Shown here one piece after another: positions 1 to 9,643 of a stretch of DNA of 64,000 nucleotides. The notes beneath the pieces are model-generated. The model saw nothing but the letters and a program-made list of their open reading frames with translations. It had not been told where the DNA came from and searched no databases. The DNA lies in NCBI GenBank assembly GCA_928721915.1, contig CAKMVZ010000003.1:116334-180333 (forward strand). Reading direction: 5' to 3'. Source of the stretch: an uncultured Clostridia bacterium (GTDB lineage Bacteria; Bacillota; Clostridia; TANB77; CAG-508). Every line of letters starts with the position of its first letter. Within the stretch, counting starts at the first letter, position 1. The translations under genes were made by a program, and so were the position numbers.

Positions 1-582
1 CTCTCCTGCAAATGTAGAAAGAGGTATAGGAGCTATTGCTGTGTACATATATAATTTAAAAAATCTTCCATAGACTGTTAATATCATAATAAAAGAAAGC
101 ACTGTTACAAATAAACTACCTAATATTGTAACTGCACCAAGTGGAATCTTATCCCAAAAACTACAAGCTTCTATTGCATAGAAAATGCCATCAGGTATTT
201 TTGCTATTTGAAATGCTCCATCTCTTGCAAAATATGCTGAACTTGCAACTCCTTGTACAATTCGTATAATTGCAGTTAATAATTCCATTCCATAAGTTAT
301 GATACCTTTTGCAATAGCAAATCTTATAAATAATTTTAATGCTTGTTCAGGTCTTTTTATTTCTGCAAAATTGCCGCAAGTTTTCATTACTCCAATTACA
401 AAAAATAATACCAATAAAGCTAATGCTATTGCTTGCATTGCTCCATTGATATTTACAATTACTTTCCATACACCACCTTCATTAAACATTTCAGGTGGCA
501 TTAAAAGTAAGCCAACGATTTCAGAAAATTTATTGTTCCATGTACTTACAGTATTGATTAAATTACTTGATATCCAACTCAA
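1..582 (-). CDS. VirB6/TrbL-like T4SS membrane protein (N-terminal part; gene runs off the window edge)
   Basis: Absent from the ORF track because there is no stop in the window. Hand translation of the minus strand is open from TTG at 582 (GGAGGTG 7 nt upstream) to nt 1: LSWISSNLINTVSTWNNKF...YTAIAPIPLSTFAGE. It has several hydrophobic helices and lies next to Maff2/T4CP genes. The + strand ORF 299-604 is its antisense shadow. Confidence 0.6.
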   Translation of the reverse strand, partial: MSWISSNLINTVSTWNNKFSEIVGLLLMPPEMFNEGGVWKVIVNINGAMQAIALALLVLFFVIGVMKTCGNFAEIKRPEQALKLFIRFAIAKGIITYGMELLTAIIRIVQGVASSAYFARDGAFQIAKIPDGIFYAIEACSFWDKIPLGAVTILGSLFVTVLSFIMILTVYGRFFKLYMYTAIAPIPLSTFAGE

Positions 583-600
583 ATTTAAGCACCTCCTATC

Positions 601-900
601 CTAATTTTTTCTCGAATATGCTATATATTCTTTTTGCTTTTTATCTCTAAAGTTGGCTACTTTATCATTTTTTAATTCAGGATATTTGTTTTGTATTTTT
701 CTTCTAGCTCTTGTAATTGATTCAAAACTTAATCCTTTTTTGCTTACATTTGTCATTGCTTCTTCAAATCTTTTTCCAACTTCATACGGATATACTTTTG
801 TTATATATTTCAAAATAAGATAAATATCATTATTTCTTGAATATTTATCTTGTCTTAATATTTGTTCTACAACTTCTTCAACTTTGATTAGTTTTCGCAT
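601..900 (-). CDS. small conserved-looking hypothetical protein of the transfer region
   Basis: 99-aa ORF, tightly packed with its neighbours; its stop abuts the RBS of the next gene. No motif recognised. Confidence 0.5.
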   Translation of the reverse strand: MRKLIKVEEVVEQILRQDKYSRNNDIYLILKYITKVYPYEVGKRFEEAMTNVSKKGLSFESITRARRKIQNKYPELKNDKVANFRDKKQKEYIAYSRKN

Positions 901-921
901 TTTAAATCATTCCTTTCAAGG

Positions 922-947
922 CAAAAAAAGTAGGATTGCTCCTACTT
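922..947 (-). terminator. Rho-independent terminator after the Maff2 gene
   Basis: Minus strand AAGTAGGA-gcaa-TCCTACTT followed by a T7 run. Confidence 0.7.
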
Positions 948-951
948 GTTC

Positions 952-1302
952 TTAACCACCTGTTATTAAAGATAATATTTCTTTTGCAAATGTTATAACT
1001 GTTCCCCCTGCAAGTGTCATTATTCCATTTGCTCTTTGTGTTGGATCATGAGATTTTAAACTCATACCTACTTGCACAATACCAAATCCTAAAATAATCA
1101 TTCCAACAGCTCTAATTAAACCAAATATAAAATTTGATAAATTATTTACAACTGTTATTGGTTCATCTGCTGCAAAAACATTTGATGCTTGTATAAAGTT
1201 TAATGCTACTACATAGCCTATAATAAAAGCTCCTCTTGTTAAAATTTTCTTTCCTAAATTTTCTTTTTTACTTTCTTTATTTAAAACTAATTCTTTATTC
1301 AT
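952..1302 (-). CDS. Maff2-family small membrane protein (pilin-like T4SS component of Firmicutes elements)
   Basis: 116 aa with an N-terminal signal/TM and a second glycine-rich TM (GMIILGFGIVQVGMSL). Typical position beside the coupling protein. Confidence 0.5.
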   Translation of the reverse strand: MNKELVLNKESKKENLGKKILTRGAFIIGYVVALNFIQASNVFAADEPITVVNNLSNFIFGLIRAVGMIILGFGIVQVGMSLKSHDPTQRANGIMTLAGGTVITFAKEILSLITGG

Positions 1303-1338
1303 AATACTTAAATCCTTTCTTAATTTATTTTTTGCAAC

Positions 1339-1383
1339 AAAAAAAGGGCTATAATTAATTAAGAAACTTAATAACTATAGCCC
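1339..1383 (-). terminator. Rho-independent terminator after the T4CP gene
   Basis: Long imperfect hairpin GGGCTATAgTTAtTAAG...CTTAATTAATTATAGCCC, then a T run on the minus strand. Confidence 0.65.
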
Positions 1384-1403
1384 TTAAAATGTTATTATAT
1401 TAT

Positions 1404-3233
1404 TTACTCTTTATTTTTATCATCTGTGTTATTTTCTAATTCTTCAATATAGTTGTCCAATTCTTCATCTGATAATAATTCATAATCTGATTCTGTAATT
1501 GGTATATCTATAATCTTTTCATTAGTTAAATCTATATCTTCAAGATTAAATGATATACTTCCAGTCGAATTATCAACATTACCATGAATATATGCTTTTG
1601 CTCCACCTATTGGTGTTCTACTTGCATTTGGATGTTCTTTTAAATTATATTTTAAATCTTTCACTGGTCTTTCTCCTCTTATAAATAATAATGCAAATTG
1701 ATTATCTAACATTCTTACTTCATCAGGTGTCAATAATTCTCTTCCTGCCATTTGGTCATTTGTCGAATAACTACCATGACTTCCATAAGAACGACCATAA
1801 GTATTTGTATCTATAGTAGCTTTACCTAATAATTCACTTACATACTTATGTGTACTCTGCTCATTGCCACCTAAATAAAGAAATTCATCACAATTTCCAA
1901 CAATACTTTCCCATTGTTTTTCAAATAATGCTTTTAATTGCGCTAAATTTTGCAGAATTATACTAACAGATACTTCTCTACTTCTCATTACTGATAAGAT
2001 TTTATCAAAATCATCAGGTAGAGAAACATTAGCAAACTCGTCCATTACAAAATGTACATGAACTGGTAAGCTACCTCCATATTTATAATCTGCAATGTAA
2101 AATAATTGTTGAAATAGTTGAGTATATAATATACTTACTAAAAAATTGAATGATGTATCATTATCAGGTATTAAAGCAAATAAAGCAACTTTCTTTTCTC
2201 CGAGAGATGGCAAGTTTAATTCATCAGTTTGTGTCATTGCAGCCAAACTATCTAAATTAAATTTTTCAAGTCTTGAAGCTAATGTTACTTGAATGGATTT
2301 TAATGTTTTAGCTGAACCTGAATGATATGCTCTATAATATTTTAAAGCAATATGTTCAGGATTTTTTGTTTCTAACCTATTAAATAACATATCTAAAGGA
2401 GAAACATAATCATCATCATCTTCTTTAACATCTCCAGCTCTTAATAACTCCATAACCATTACAAAGTTTTGTTCATCTTCAGGTGCTTCATATTTTAGGT
2501 AAAATATTAATGCTAATAAAAGCATAGATGCTGCCGTATCCCAAAAAGGATCTTGACTTTGACTTCCTTTAGGAGTAGTAGATTTAAAAAGATTTGTTAC
2601 TAATTTTTGTACATCATTATCTGTTTTGAGATATACAAAAGGATTGTAACAATGAGATTTATTCATATTTATTAAATCTAAAACCTTAATTTCATATCCT
2701 TCATCTTCTAATAAATAACCTGTATCTCTTAATATTTCTCCTTTAGGATCTAAAATTACATAAGAAGTATTAGCTTGTAACACATTCGGCTTACAATAGC
2801 TAAAAGTTTTACCTGCACCGCTTCCACCTACAACTAAAACATTGACATTTCTTCTGTGCTTTTTTCCATTTAAACCTAATGCAACATTTTTAGTTAATAA
2901 CTTATTCATATTTGCATTCTGTTTATATTTCTTATTAACTTGTCCTGCATTACCCCATTCAGCAGAACCATATTCTTCTTTTCTTCTGTAATTTTTTCTT
3001 GTAGATTCATAAATCATTATTCCTAAAATATATATAATTAAAAAAATAAGAATAGTTCTTATACTATTCTCACAAAAACTTATATTTAACATATTATTAA
3101 ATATATTATTAGAATTTTTTATTATTTCAATTAATCCACCACTTAAATAAGGTGCTATTAGTAAAGCAAACCATATTATAGGAATAATGCCTATAATATA
3201 TATGATTTTTCTTGTTCTTTTATCATCTTGCAC
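1404..3233 (-). CDS. VirD4/TraG-type conjugative coupling protein (T4CP)
   Basis: 609 aa with N-terminal TM helices, Walker A VVGGSGAGKT and Walker B-like HFVMDEFAN. Confidence 0.85.
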   Translation of the reverse strand: MQDDKRTRKIIYIIGIIPIIWFALLIAPYLSGGLIEIIKNSNNIFNNMLNISFCENSIRTILIFLIIYILGIMIYESTRKNYRRKEEYGSAEWGNAGQVNKKYKQNANMNKLLTKNVALGLNGKKHRRNVNVLVVGGSGAGKTFSYCKPNVLQANTSYVILDPKGEILRDTGYLLEDEGYEIKVLDLINMNKSHCYNPFVYLKTDNDVQKLVTNLFKSTTPKGSQSQDPFWDTAASMLLLALIFYLKYEAPEDEQNFVMVMELLRAGDVKEDDDDYVSPLDMLFNRLETKNPEHIALKYYRAYHSGSAKTLKSIQVTLASRLEKFNLDSLAAMTQTDELNLPSLGEKKVALFALIPDNDTSFNFLVSILYTQLFQQLFYIADYKYGGSLPVHVHFVMDEFANVSLPDDFDKILSVMRSREVSVSIILQNLAQLKALFEKQWESIVGNCDEFLYLGGNEQSTHKYVSELLGKATIDTNTYGRSYGSHGSYSTNDQMAGRELLTPDEVRMLDNQFALLFIRGERPVKDLKYNLKEHPNASRTPIGGAKAYIHGNVDNSTGSISFNLEDIDLTNEKIIDIPITESDYELLSDEELDNYIEELENNTDDKNKE

Positions 3234-3417
3234 TTATACAATGCTCCTTTTTAAATCTTTCTTTTTCGATTGGGGCTTGTAGTAATTTCATCAATAATTC
3301 ATCAATGATTTCTACATCGATATTTTCTTTTAATTTTTGATTTCTAAATTCATTAAGAGCATTTACAAGTAACTTATAATCATATATATCCATTTTTAAT
3401 ACTCTTGTTTCTTCCAA
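3223..3417 (-). CDS. small helical protein, paralog of the micro-ORF at 30718-30864
   Basis: 64-aa ORF. The core YDYKLLVNALNEFRNQKLKENIDVEIIDELLMKLL aligns at about 50% identity with the 48-aa ORF at 30718-30864. Confidence 0.5.
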   Translation of the reverse strand: MEETRVLKMDIYDYKLLVNALNEFRNQKLKENIDVEIIDELLMKLLQAPIEKERFKKEHCISAR

Positions 3418-3431
3418 TGTACTATACCTCC

Positions 3432-4187
3432 CTATTTAGTTTCTTTTACTTTTGGTGCTTTTACTTTCGGAGCAACCTCTTTTACATCTTTTACTAAAGA
3501 TTTCTTTTCCGCTTCTTTTCTAACCTCTTCTTTAATTTCTTTTAATTCTTTTCTAACAGATTTTTTTCTATTTAAAGGTTTAGCTACCCCTTCGGCTTTG
3601 TTTGAGGAAAGCTCTGACTGAGGGTTTTTTACAGTCATTGCTAAATTGAAATTTTCCACTTGATTATTCTCCTTTTGTATAGGTTTTTGTGATAGTACAT
3701 CTTCTAACATTTCTTCTTTAGTTTTTGTTTGTACACCTTTTTCATGACTTCTTTGCTCTTTTCTATCATCAATAGATTTCTGAACGATAGTTTGAACTTG
3801 AGCAGTATCAATTGTAATAAGTTTAAATCTTTCTACTATTCTATTTATTCTTGGAGCATCTTCATCACGAACCATAATATCTACCATACCATCAATGTTT
3901 TTATGCTTTCTATCTACTAAAGCTGTATATAGTATTCCATATCTTTTTGCTTCTTGAGTAAATGTTTTTAAGTCTTCTTGTTTTACAGAAAATATTTTAA
4001 GTGATTTTCCTGATTTAAGCATGTTATTTATTCTAGTCTTTCCTTTTGTTTGCTTTTGGTCTTTCATTATTGTATAAAGTAATGCAGCAATATTTTTTGC
4101 TCCACTACCAGTTAATTTAGCTATTACTTCAAAACCTTCTAAACTTAATCTAACAACTTGTTCTGCTGAATCTCCTGATACACTCAT
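3432..4187 (-). CDS. PcfB/DUF3801-like relaxosome accessory protein
   Basis: The N-terminal region SAEQVVRLSLEGFEVIAKLTGSGAKNIAALLYTI is typical of PcfB-family proteins. K/E-rich tail. Lies between the relaxase and T4CP genes. Confidence 0.6.
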   Translation of the reverse strand: MSVSGDSAEQVVRLSLEGFEVIAKLTGSGAKNIAALLYTIMKDQKQTKGKTRINNMLKSGKSLKIFSVKQEDLKTFTQEAKRYGILYTALVDRKHKNIDGMVDIMVRDEDAPRINRIVERFKLITIDTAQVQTIVQKSIDDRKEQRSHEKGVQTKTKEEMLEDVLSQKPIQKENNQVENFNLAMTVKNPQSELSSNKAEGVAKPLNRKKSVRKELKEIKEEVRKEAEKKSLVKDVKEVAPKVKAPKVKETK

Positions 4188-5557
4188 TATTTATTTTTCT
4201 CCTTTCTTTTTGATTTTTCATTTTCTTTATTCTTCTCTTGTTCTTCTTGATAGTCTAATTCTATTAAATTATCTTCTATCTTCGGTAATCTTGTTTCTAT
4301 ATCTTTCGCTAGTTGCACCTCCTTCCTTAAATTATCTATTTTTTTATTGAGAACACCAATATCAATAGCTATTGATTTTCTCTCATTATCATCTTTGCTT
4401 AATCTTCTTTTAGTCCATAATCTTTCTCTGTCGGAGCTTAATGTTCCGATTTTAAATAAATGTTCATTTTCAAAATCTTTTAAATCTTCTAAAGTTTTTA
4501 TTTTATAATTTGAAAGTAGTTTTGCTTCTTCAGATAATTCATTCATTCTTGCAACATCTGCTCTTATAGATAAAGGTAATCTTTGTTGTGGTATATCAGG
4601 AAATACTTTAAGAAGATAGCAATAATGATAATATAAAGCAATAAATCCTTTTGCTTTGGCTCTTTTATGCCTTTTAGCAAAAGGATATTTAACTTTTCTA
4701 TAATAATCTTCTATAAAAGGAACTCTTACTGATTCCTCTTCTAAAATTCTTCTTTTAATACTCTCTATGGAATATTCTTCTCCGAATCTTCTTTCAATTC
4801 TAATATTACGATTATAATTCTTATGTCTTAAACTAATTTTATTTGCTCTATATATAATTTCATAATCTAATTTTTTCATTAAGTATTCAAAATCATTATA
4901 AGAATATGCTTGTCTAATTGCTAAATCTAAATCTCTTTTTGCTTTTATTTCATAATTATTTGTATATTTAGATTTCTCATAAAAATTAGCATAATTTAAA
5001 TGAGTTTTCTTTGTTGGTTTTTCTTCTATAACACTTAACCCATATTCTTTACATAGCTCATCTGACATGTGTCTTATTCTTGAATAACTTGTATGATTAT
5101 CGTAATATTTATAGCCATCTTTAAAAGATACAGAATTAATTACAAAATGATTATGAAGACATTTAGTATTAAGATGTGTTGTAACGACTACCTGAAATCT
5201 ATCTCCCCAAATTTCATGAGCTAATTCAACTCCAATTTTATGTGCAATTTCTGGAGTAGTTTCTCCTGGTGCAAAAGATTGATACCCATGAAATGCTAAT
5301 ATCTTATCATTTTTCTTATAATACAATTTTGTATCTTGCATTTCTTCATAAGCAGATTGTGGTTCACAATTAATTCCTGTAACAAAATATTCTTCCTCTG
5401 TTTTATCTGAATTTCTTGCATAGTCAATTACATCTTTTAAATCTCTAGCATACATTCCATTTGGAGACATTTGTATTTTTGTTTTCTCTTTATTAGTTGC
5501 ATAATCTACAACATGATCTACTCGTTTTATAACTGCCCAAATTTTTGTTACTGCCAA
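4187..5557 (-). CDS. relaxase/mobilisation nuclease (MobA/VirD2-type)
   Basis: 456 aa with the histidine triad HLNTKCLHNH. Immediately downstream of mobC, with a coiled-coil K/E-rich C-terminus. Confidence 0.8.
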   Translation of the reverse strand: MAVTKIWAVIKRVDHVVDYATNKEKTKIQMSPNGMYARDLKDVIDYARNSDKTEEEYFVTGINCEPQSAYEEMQDTKLYYKKNDKILAFHGYQSFAPGETTPEIAHKIGVELAHEIWGDRFQVVVTTHLNTKCLHNHFVINSVSFKDGYKYYDNHTSYSRIRHMSDELCKEYGLSVIEEKPTKKTHLNYANFYEKSKYTNNYEIKAKRDLDLAIRQAYSYNDFEYLMKKLDYEIIYRANKISLRHKNYNRNIRIERRFGEEYSIESIKRRILEEESVRVPFIEDYYRKVKYPFAKRHKRAKAKGFIALYYHYCYLLKVFPDIPQQRLPLSIRADVARMNELSEEAKLLSNYKIKTLEDLKDFENEHLFKIGTLSSDRERLWTKRRLSKDDNERKSIAIDIGVLNKKIDNLRKEVQLAKDIETRLPKIEDNLIELDYQEEQEKNKENEKSKRKEKNK

Positions 5558-5568
5558 TTAAACACCTC

Positions 5569-5880
5569 CTATAAAAATTTACTTTTAACTTGTCTTGAAA
5601 ATTCTAACCATTCATTTGCAAGTTCTTTATAATAACTTTTATCTATACTATTAGTTTTATTTGCTCTATATGCAATTTGATTAAGATTAACCCCAATTTT
5701 AGAAAGCTCTTTCATAACTTCATAAAATTCATAACCAGGTTTTTCTTTAATCTCCTTTTCTAATATTAAATTTCTAATTACATCTGATTTCGTCATTTTA
5801 GATTTTAAAGACATTTCTTCTAATTTGTCATATTCTATGTCATTAAATCTAATATGAAACTCTAAATTTCGTTCTCGCAT
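5569..5880 (-). CDS. mobC: MobC-family relaxosome protein
   Basis: 103 aa with the motif IGVNLNQIAYRAN typical of MobC. Lies directly upstream of the relaxase. Confidence 0.75.
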   Translation of the reverse strand: MRERNLEFHIRFNDIEYDKLEEMSLKSKMTKSDVIRNLILEKEIKEKPGYEFYEVMKELSKIGVNLNQIAYRANKTNSIDKSYYKELANEWLEFSRQVKSKFL

Positions 5881-5897
5881 GTTTTACTCCTTTCTAA

Positions 5898-5962
5898 AAT
5901 GGGGATTGGGGCTTGCCCCATTGTATAGAATTTGAAGGCTCGAATTTCGAGTCCCCAAATTC
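5898..5962. promoter_or_regulatory. candidate oriT (nested inverted repeats upstream of mobC-relaxase)
   Basis: AATGGGG(5898-5904)/CCCCATT(5916-5922) encloses GGGGCttGCCCC. GAATTTG(5928-5934)/CAAATTC(5956-5962) encloses the palindrome CTCGAAtTTCGAG. A third CCCCATT lies at about 6006. Confidence 0.45.
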
Positions 5963-6014
5963 AGTGCTTGCTAGGACAAGAAATCAATCTTTTTTTAAAA
6001 AACAGCCCCATTTT

Positions 6015-7007
6015 TTATTCTCTTATCATACTTTTTTTAATCTTATATGTTTTATATTTTTCTACATCTTGTCTATTTTTTAACCCTAAAGAATAACATA
6101 AATAGTCATTTATATCTTTACCATAAGGAGCAGGTATATCATATATATCGTATTTACTATCAAGAGCAAAAATGAATGCTTTTGTTGCATCTCTTCCTGC
6201 TCTATCATTATCAAAATGAATAACTATTTGATTTATACTAGGATTATTTTGTAAAAAATTAAGTACCGTTAATGGTACTTTACTTTGTTCTATTTTGTTT
6301 GCAGGTTGATATACACCTGCTAGTGCTATAAGATTTTGATTATGCCAATCATAACCCTTTATTTTTAATAATGTTGCATAAGATAATAAATCTATTGAAC
6401 TTTCAAATAAATGAACAGATTCCTTATTCGTATCTGATAACAACCTAAAAGAGAACTCTTTTGAACTACCTTTTGCATCTCTCATAATTCTATTTACTCC
6501 AGTGGATCTACATCCTGCATATTTAATATTATGATTATTATCGTAACCTATAAAAACAACATTATTTGTTTTTTGTTCCTGATATAAGAGTTTTTTATCA
6601 ATACAATATTTTATTATATCTTCATCTATACCACGATTTTTTAGGTACTCAATTGCAATTTTATTATCATTATTTCTAATAGGAATAACTATTGTTTTAG
6701 TTGTTTTAATCTCTGTTTTAGGTACTTGTTTTAACTCAATATTTTGATTATTTAGTATAATTCTTGCAGCTTCTTGAAGACTATAACCTTCTACTTTTAT
6801 TAAGTAATCAAGAGCTGTTTTTCCACCTTCATTAGTTGAAAATCTATGCCATAAATTATTACTTATAATCAAACTATCATGTGTTTTAGTTGAATAAGTA
6901 TCTTCTGTTATTTTTACTAATTCACTTGGATTAAAGTTCATTAGGTAAGTTAATAAGTCCATTTCTTTTGCTTTCTTTAACAATTCAGGTGGTATATAAT
7001 CTCTCAT
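6015..7007 (-). CDS. DUF3991/Toprim-domain protein (TraC-like conjugative primase)
   Basis: 330 aa. Toprim acidic motifs HLFESSIDLLS and HFDNDRAGRDA. Confidence 0.7.
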   Translation of the reverse strand: MRDYIPPELLKKAKEMDLLTYLMNFNPSELVKITEDTYSTKTHDSLIISNNLWHRFSTNEGGKTALDYLIKVEGYSLQEAARIILNNQNIELKQVPKTEIKTTKTIVIPIRNNDNKIAIEYLKNRGIDEDIIKYCIDKKLLYQEQKTNNVVFIGYDNNHNIKYAGCRSTGVNRIMRDAKGSSKEFSFRLLSDTNKESVHLFESSIDLLSYATLLKIKGYDWHNQNLIALAGVYQPANKIEQSKVPLTVLNFLQNNPSINQIVIHFDNDRAGRDATKAFIFALDSKYDIYDIPAPYGKDINDYLCYSLGLKNRQDVEKYKTYKIKKSMIRE

Positions 7008-7016
7008 ATAACCACC

Positions 7017-7358
7017 TTACCTTGCTTCTTTATTAGCTTTTATTTTATCTTTTCTATAATCATCTGTAATATGATTTACAGATTTATCTACACTATAATT
7101 TAAATGTTCTCGTAAATTACCATCAGTTTTTAGCCATTCACCATAGCAATCATCAAGAACACTATCAAATTTTAATAGAGCCTTTATTTGCTCTTTTGAT
7201 AATTCATTATCATACATTAAGCAATCAATTACTTCTTGTTTAACAGTTAATTCGTATGCTTTATCAATAGCAAAATCAACACCCTGTTCTCTTACATAAG
7301 ATTTGTAATCTTTTAATTCTTGTTCTAATTTTTCTAGCAATTTATCTTTTTCTTGCAT
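7017..7358 (-). CDS. small acidic hypothetical protein
   Basis: 113-aa ORF, E/D-rich, with an RBS-proximal start. Lies on the leading side of the candidate oriT. Confidence 0.5.
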   Translation of the reverse strand: MQEKDKLLEKLEQELKDYKSYVREQGVDFAIDKAYELTVKQEVIDCLMYDNELSKEQIKALLKFDSVLDDCYGEWLKTDGNLREHLNYSVDKSVNHITDDYRKDKIKANKEAR

Positions 7359-7390
7359 TTTAAATTACCTCCAATCTATCTTTTAATATA

Positions 7391-7430
7391 AAAAAAGAAC
7401 CCAAATTATTGCTAATTCAAGTTCTTTTTT
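7391..7430 (-). terminator. Rho-independent terminator
   Basis: Minus strand AAAGAAC...GTTCTTT stem followed by a T7 run, just after the stop at 7432. Confidence 0.55.
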
Positions 7431-7431
7431 A

Positions 7432-7734
7432 TTAAGTTAAAGAGTTAAGTTTTTCTCTAATTTGTTCTCTTACTCTTTTTATAGTTCTTACTGGTATTAT
7501 AGGAGTACCCTCAATAAAATATTCGGTAAACATTCCAAAGAAATAATCATAAGTAGCAAGTGGTTCGTTTTCATTTACATACTTTTCATATTCTTCAGCT
7601 CCTAATCTTTCCATTAATTCGCTTATCAATACTTCTGTTTCATCTAATTCCTTCTGATACATATCAGGAGTATAGATTTTTAACATATCATCAGTTTGCA
7701 TTGCATTATATTTTGCGATATTAAATGATGCCAT
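7432..7734 (-). CDS. small acidic hypothetical protein
   Basis: ORF-track ORF 7432-7755. I prefer the Met at 7734 (MASFNIAKY), preceded by GAAGGTGG. Confidence 0.5.
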   Translation of the reverse strand: MASFNIAKYNAMQTDDMLKIYTPDMYQKELDETEVLISELMERLGAEEYEKYVNENEPLATYDYFFGMFTEYFIEGTPIIPVRTIKRVREQIREKLNSLT

Positions 7735-8023
7735 TTTTCCACCTTCTTTCTGCACAACATTATAGCATATATTCCTTGCTAATGAACAAAATATATTAAA
7801 AATTAAACATATTTTTTACTTATCACTTTTATTTGAAAGTTTTATATGTTTTATCTTAATTTATCTTATTATTCTATTATTTGACAGACATGTTATAATA
7901 TAGCAAAGGAAGAGAATATTGATTATCGTAATATATATAGCTTTTTAAGTGAGGATATATTCGTAATCGTCTGAAATTATTATGGGAGATTTATTATAAT
8001 GATCTCCTTTTCCTATTCCTTTT

Positions 8024-8353
8024 TTATATATTAAGCATTCCCTGTTCTTCAAAAAATATGTATGCTTCTTTTCCACCTAGTTTAAATGCTTCAAGAAGTT
8101 CAATGATTTTTAAACTATCATATAATCCTAACCATTCACAAAAAGCATCTGTTTCTTCTACATTAAATGAAGTTGGCTTTTCATCCTCAATAAATTCTCT
8201 TAATTTTGGATATTTTTCATATAAAGCATGGATTTTATCCATTATTCCTTTATAATCTTCTCTGTTTGATAGTTTATCTTTAACATAAAAATTAAAATGT
8301 TCATTAAAAGCATCCTTATGCTCATTAATAAAACTATTCATCACTTTTTCCAT
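8024..8353 (-). CDS. small acidic hypothetical protein
   Basis: 109 aa, net charge about -12. Overlaps the upstream partner ORF by 20 nt, suggesting translational coupling. Confidence 0.5.
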   Translation of the reverse strand: MEKVMNSFINEHKDAFNEHFNFYVKDKLSNREDYKGIMDKIHALYEKYPKLREFIEDEKPTSFNVEETDAFCEWLGLYDSLKIIELLEAFKLGGKEAYIFFEEQGMLNI

Positions 8354-8666
8354 TTCTTAATTCCTCCAGTTCTATTTCTATGTCTTTTTTTACATTCATT
8401 CCGTCTATAAAACCTATTTTATAAAATTTAGAATTCCAGAAATTACTTAAAAATGAAACATGTTCAAATAGAAAATCTTCTATTTCTCCTTCTAATTCTT
8501 TATAGAGTTCTCCAGGAATATAATTTAAGAGTTCTTTTAATTTGTCCTCCATTTCTTTTAATGATTTTTTATACTCTGGACATTTTTTTATAATAATATG
8601 AGATATATCTTCATTTCTATCTTCATATAATTTTTCCAGTAAGGAACAATTTAATAATCTTTCCAT
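8334..8666 (-). CDS. small acidic hypothetical protein
   Basis: 110 aa, net charge about -12. First gene of an overlapping pair. Confidence 0.5.
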   Translation of the reverse strand: MERLLNCSLLEKLYEDRNEDISHIIIKKCPEYKKSLKEMEDKLKELLNYIPGELYKELEGEIEDFLFEHVSFLSNFWNSKFYKIGFIDGMNVKKDIEIELEELRNGKSDE

Positions 8667-8789
8667 ATATACTATACCTCCTATGGCAATAGTATATATA
8701 TAATTTTATTATTTGACAAATGTGTGAAATTTTTCAAATAAAAAGAACCGATAAAATTAATTATCAGCTCTATATATTGTAATTTATTA

Positions 8790-9542
8790 TTACCTTATAT
8801 ATCTTTTATTTATATTTAAAATTAGTATTGATACTATTATTGTTACAATTAAAGTTATACAACAACTTAACAAACTATAATTAAATACAAATATTGCAGA
8901 TAACCCATTTATTAAGCAATGAGTTAATATACAAGGAAATACACCTTTCGATACCTTTCTTATTGATGCCAAAGCATAACATAAGGTTAAACACATTATT
9001 CCAAAAAGAAAATAGTTCATATTTGCATTTGCTGTTCCTCTTATAAAAAATATTGGTAAATGCCATAACCACCAAATAATAGAAGTAAAGATTGTTGCTA
9101 TATGAAATCCAAATTTCTTTTCCAATTCAGGTTGTAAAATCATTCTCCATCCAACTTCTTCATTGCCACCACCAAATAACATCATTGGTAAAATTACTAT
9201 AAGCATGAATATAGGAGCACCAAATTCAAATCCATTTATTGCACATCCCAAAACATAATAAATCACTACAAATAAAATTACTAAAACATAAGTCCAAATG
9301 TTATGTTTTATATCAAATATATTTTTTAACCATTCTTTTAAATTCTTAACTTTGTTATTTCTCTTTAGAGATATATAAGAGGCAATAGTTGGAGAGAAAC
9401 CCCCGATAATGTGCATAATCCTTAAAAATATATTATTTATTGTCAAGTTAAAAATTTGACTAATTAAAGCACAACCACCCCAAAATATTAGCATTATAAC
9501 AAATGTTATTATTAAAAATTCTTTCACTAACTTTTTATTCAT
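8790..9542 (-). CDS. CPBP-family intramembrane glutamic protease (Abi/CAAX-like)
   Basis: Polytopic membrane protein with motifs EEVGWR and HCLIN. Start moved to the Met at 9542, which has an AGGAG RBS. Confidence 0.7.
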   Translation of the reverse strand: MNKKLVKEFLIITFVIMLIFWGGCALISQIFNLTINNIFLRIMHIIGGFSPTIASYISLKRNNKVKNLKEWLKNIFDIKHNIWTYVLVILFVVIYYVLGCAINGFEFGAPIFMLIVILPMMLFGGGNEEVGWRMILQPELEKKFGFHIATIFTSIIWWLWHLPIFFIRGTANANMNYFLFGIMCLTLCYALASIRKVSKGVFPCILTHCLINGLSAIFVFNYSLLSCCITLIVTIIVSILILNINKRYIR

Positions 9543-9643
9543 AAATACTCCTATCATCTCTACAACTTACTATCTTTTGTTACGATTATATAATAAATGA
9601 CAGATAATTTCAACTAATTATCTGCCCTTCTAATTGTAATTTG

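Noticed and set aside
299-604. Plus-strand ORFs in the track that lie antisense to longer minus-strand genes. The set is 299-604, 3729-3920, 8058-8255, 9831-10163, 11363-11635, 13973-14182, 21025-21243, 22731-22961, 25418-25842, 26892-27083, 29840-30070, 32101-32445, 33131-33451, 33725-33940, 37843-38274, 39882-40088, 40870-41511, 43027-43347, 43957-44142, 46620-46814 and 53248-53724.
   Set aside because: Each overlaps a minus-strand gene that has clear motifs or operon context. Their translations are low-complexity (F/I/L/S-rich), have no RBS support and match no motif I recognise. They are typical antisense shadows.
8881-9075. Same-strand out-of-frame ORFs inside stronger genes (8881-9075 in the CPBP gene, 53292-53576 and 53718-53966 in the FAD gene, 63286-63501 in the glycosyltransferase gene).
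   Set aside because: Unlike the TnpV-like ORF at 19673-20029, these have no recognisable family resemblance and no RBS. Those in the GC-richer FAD gene are expected by chance, because off-frame stops are rarer there.
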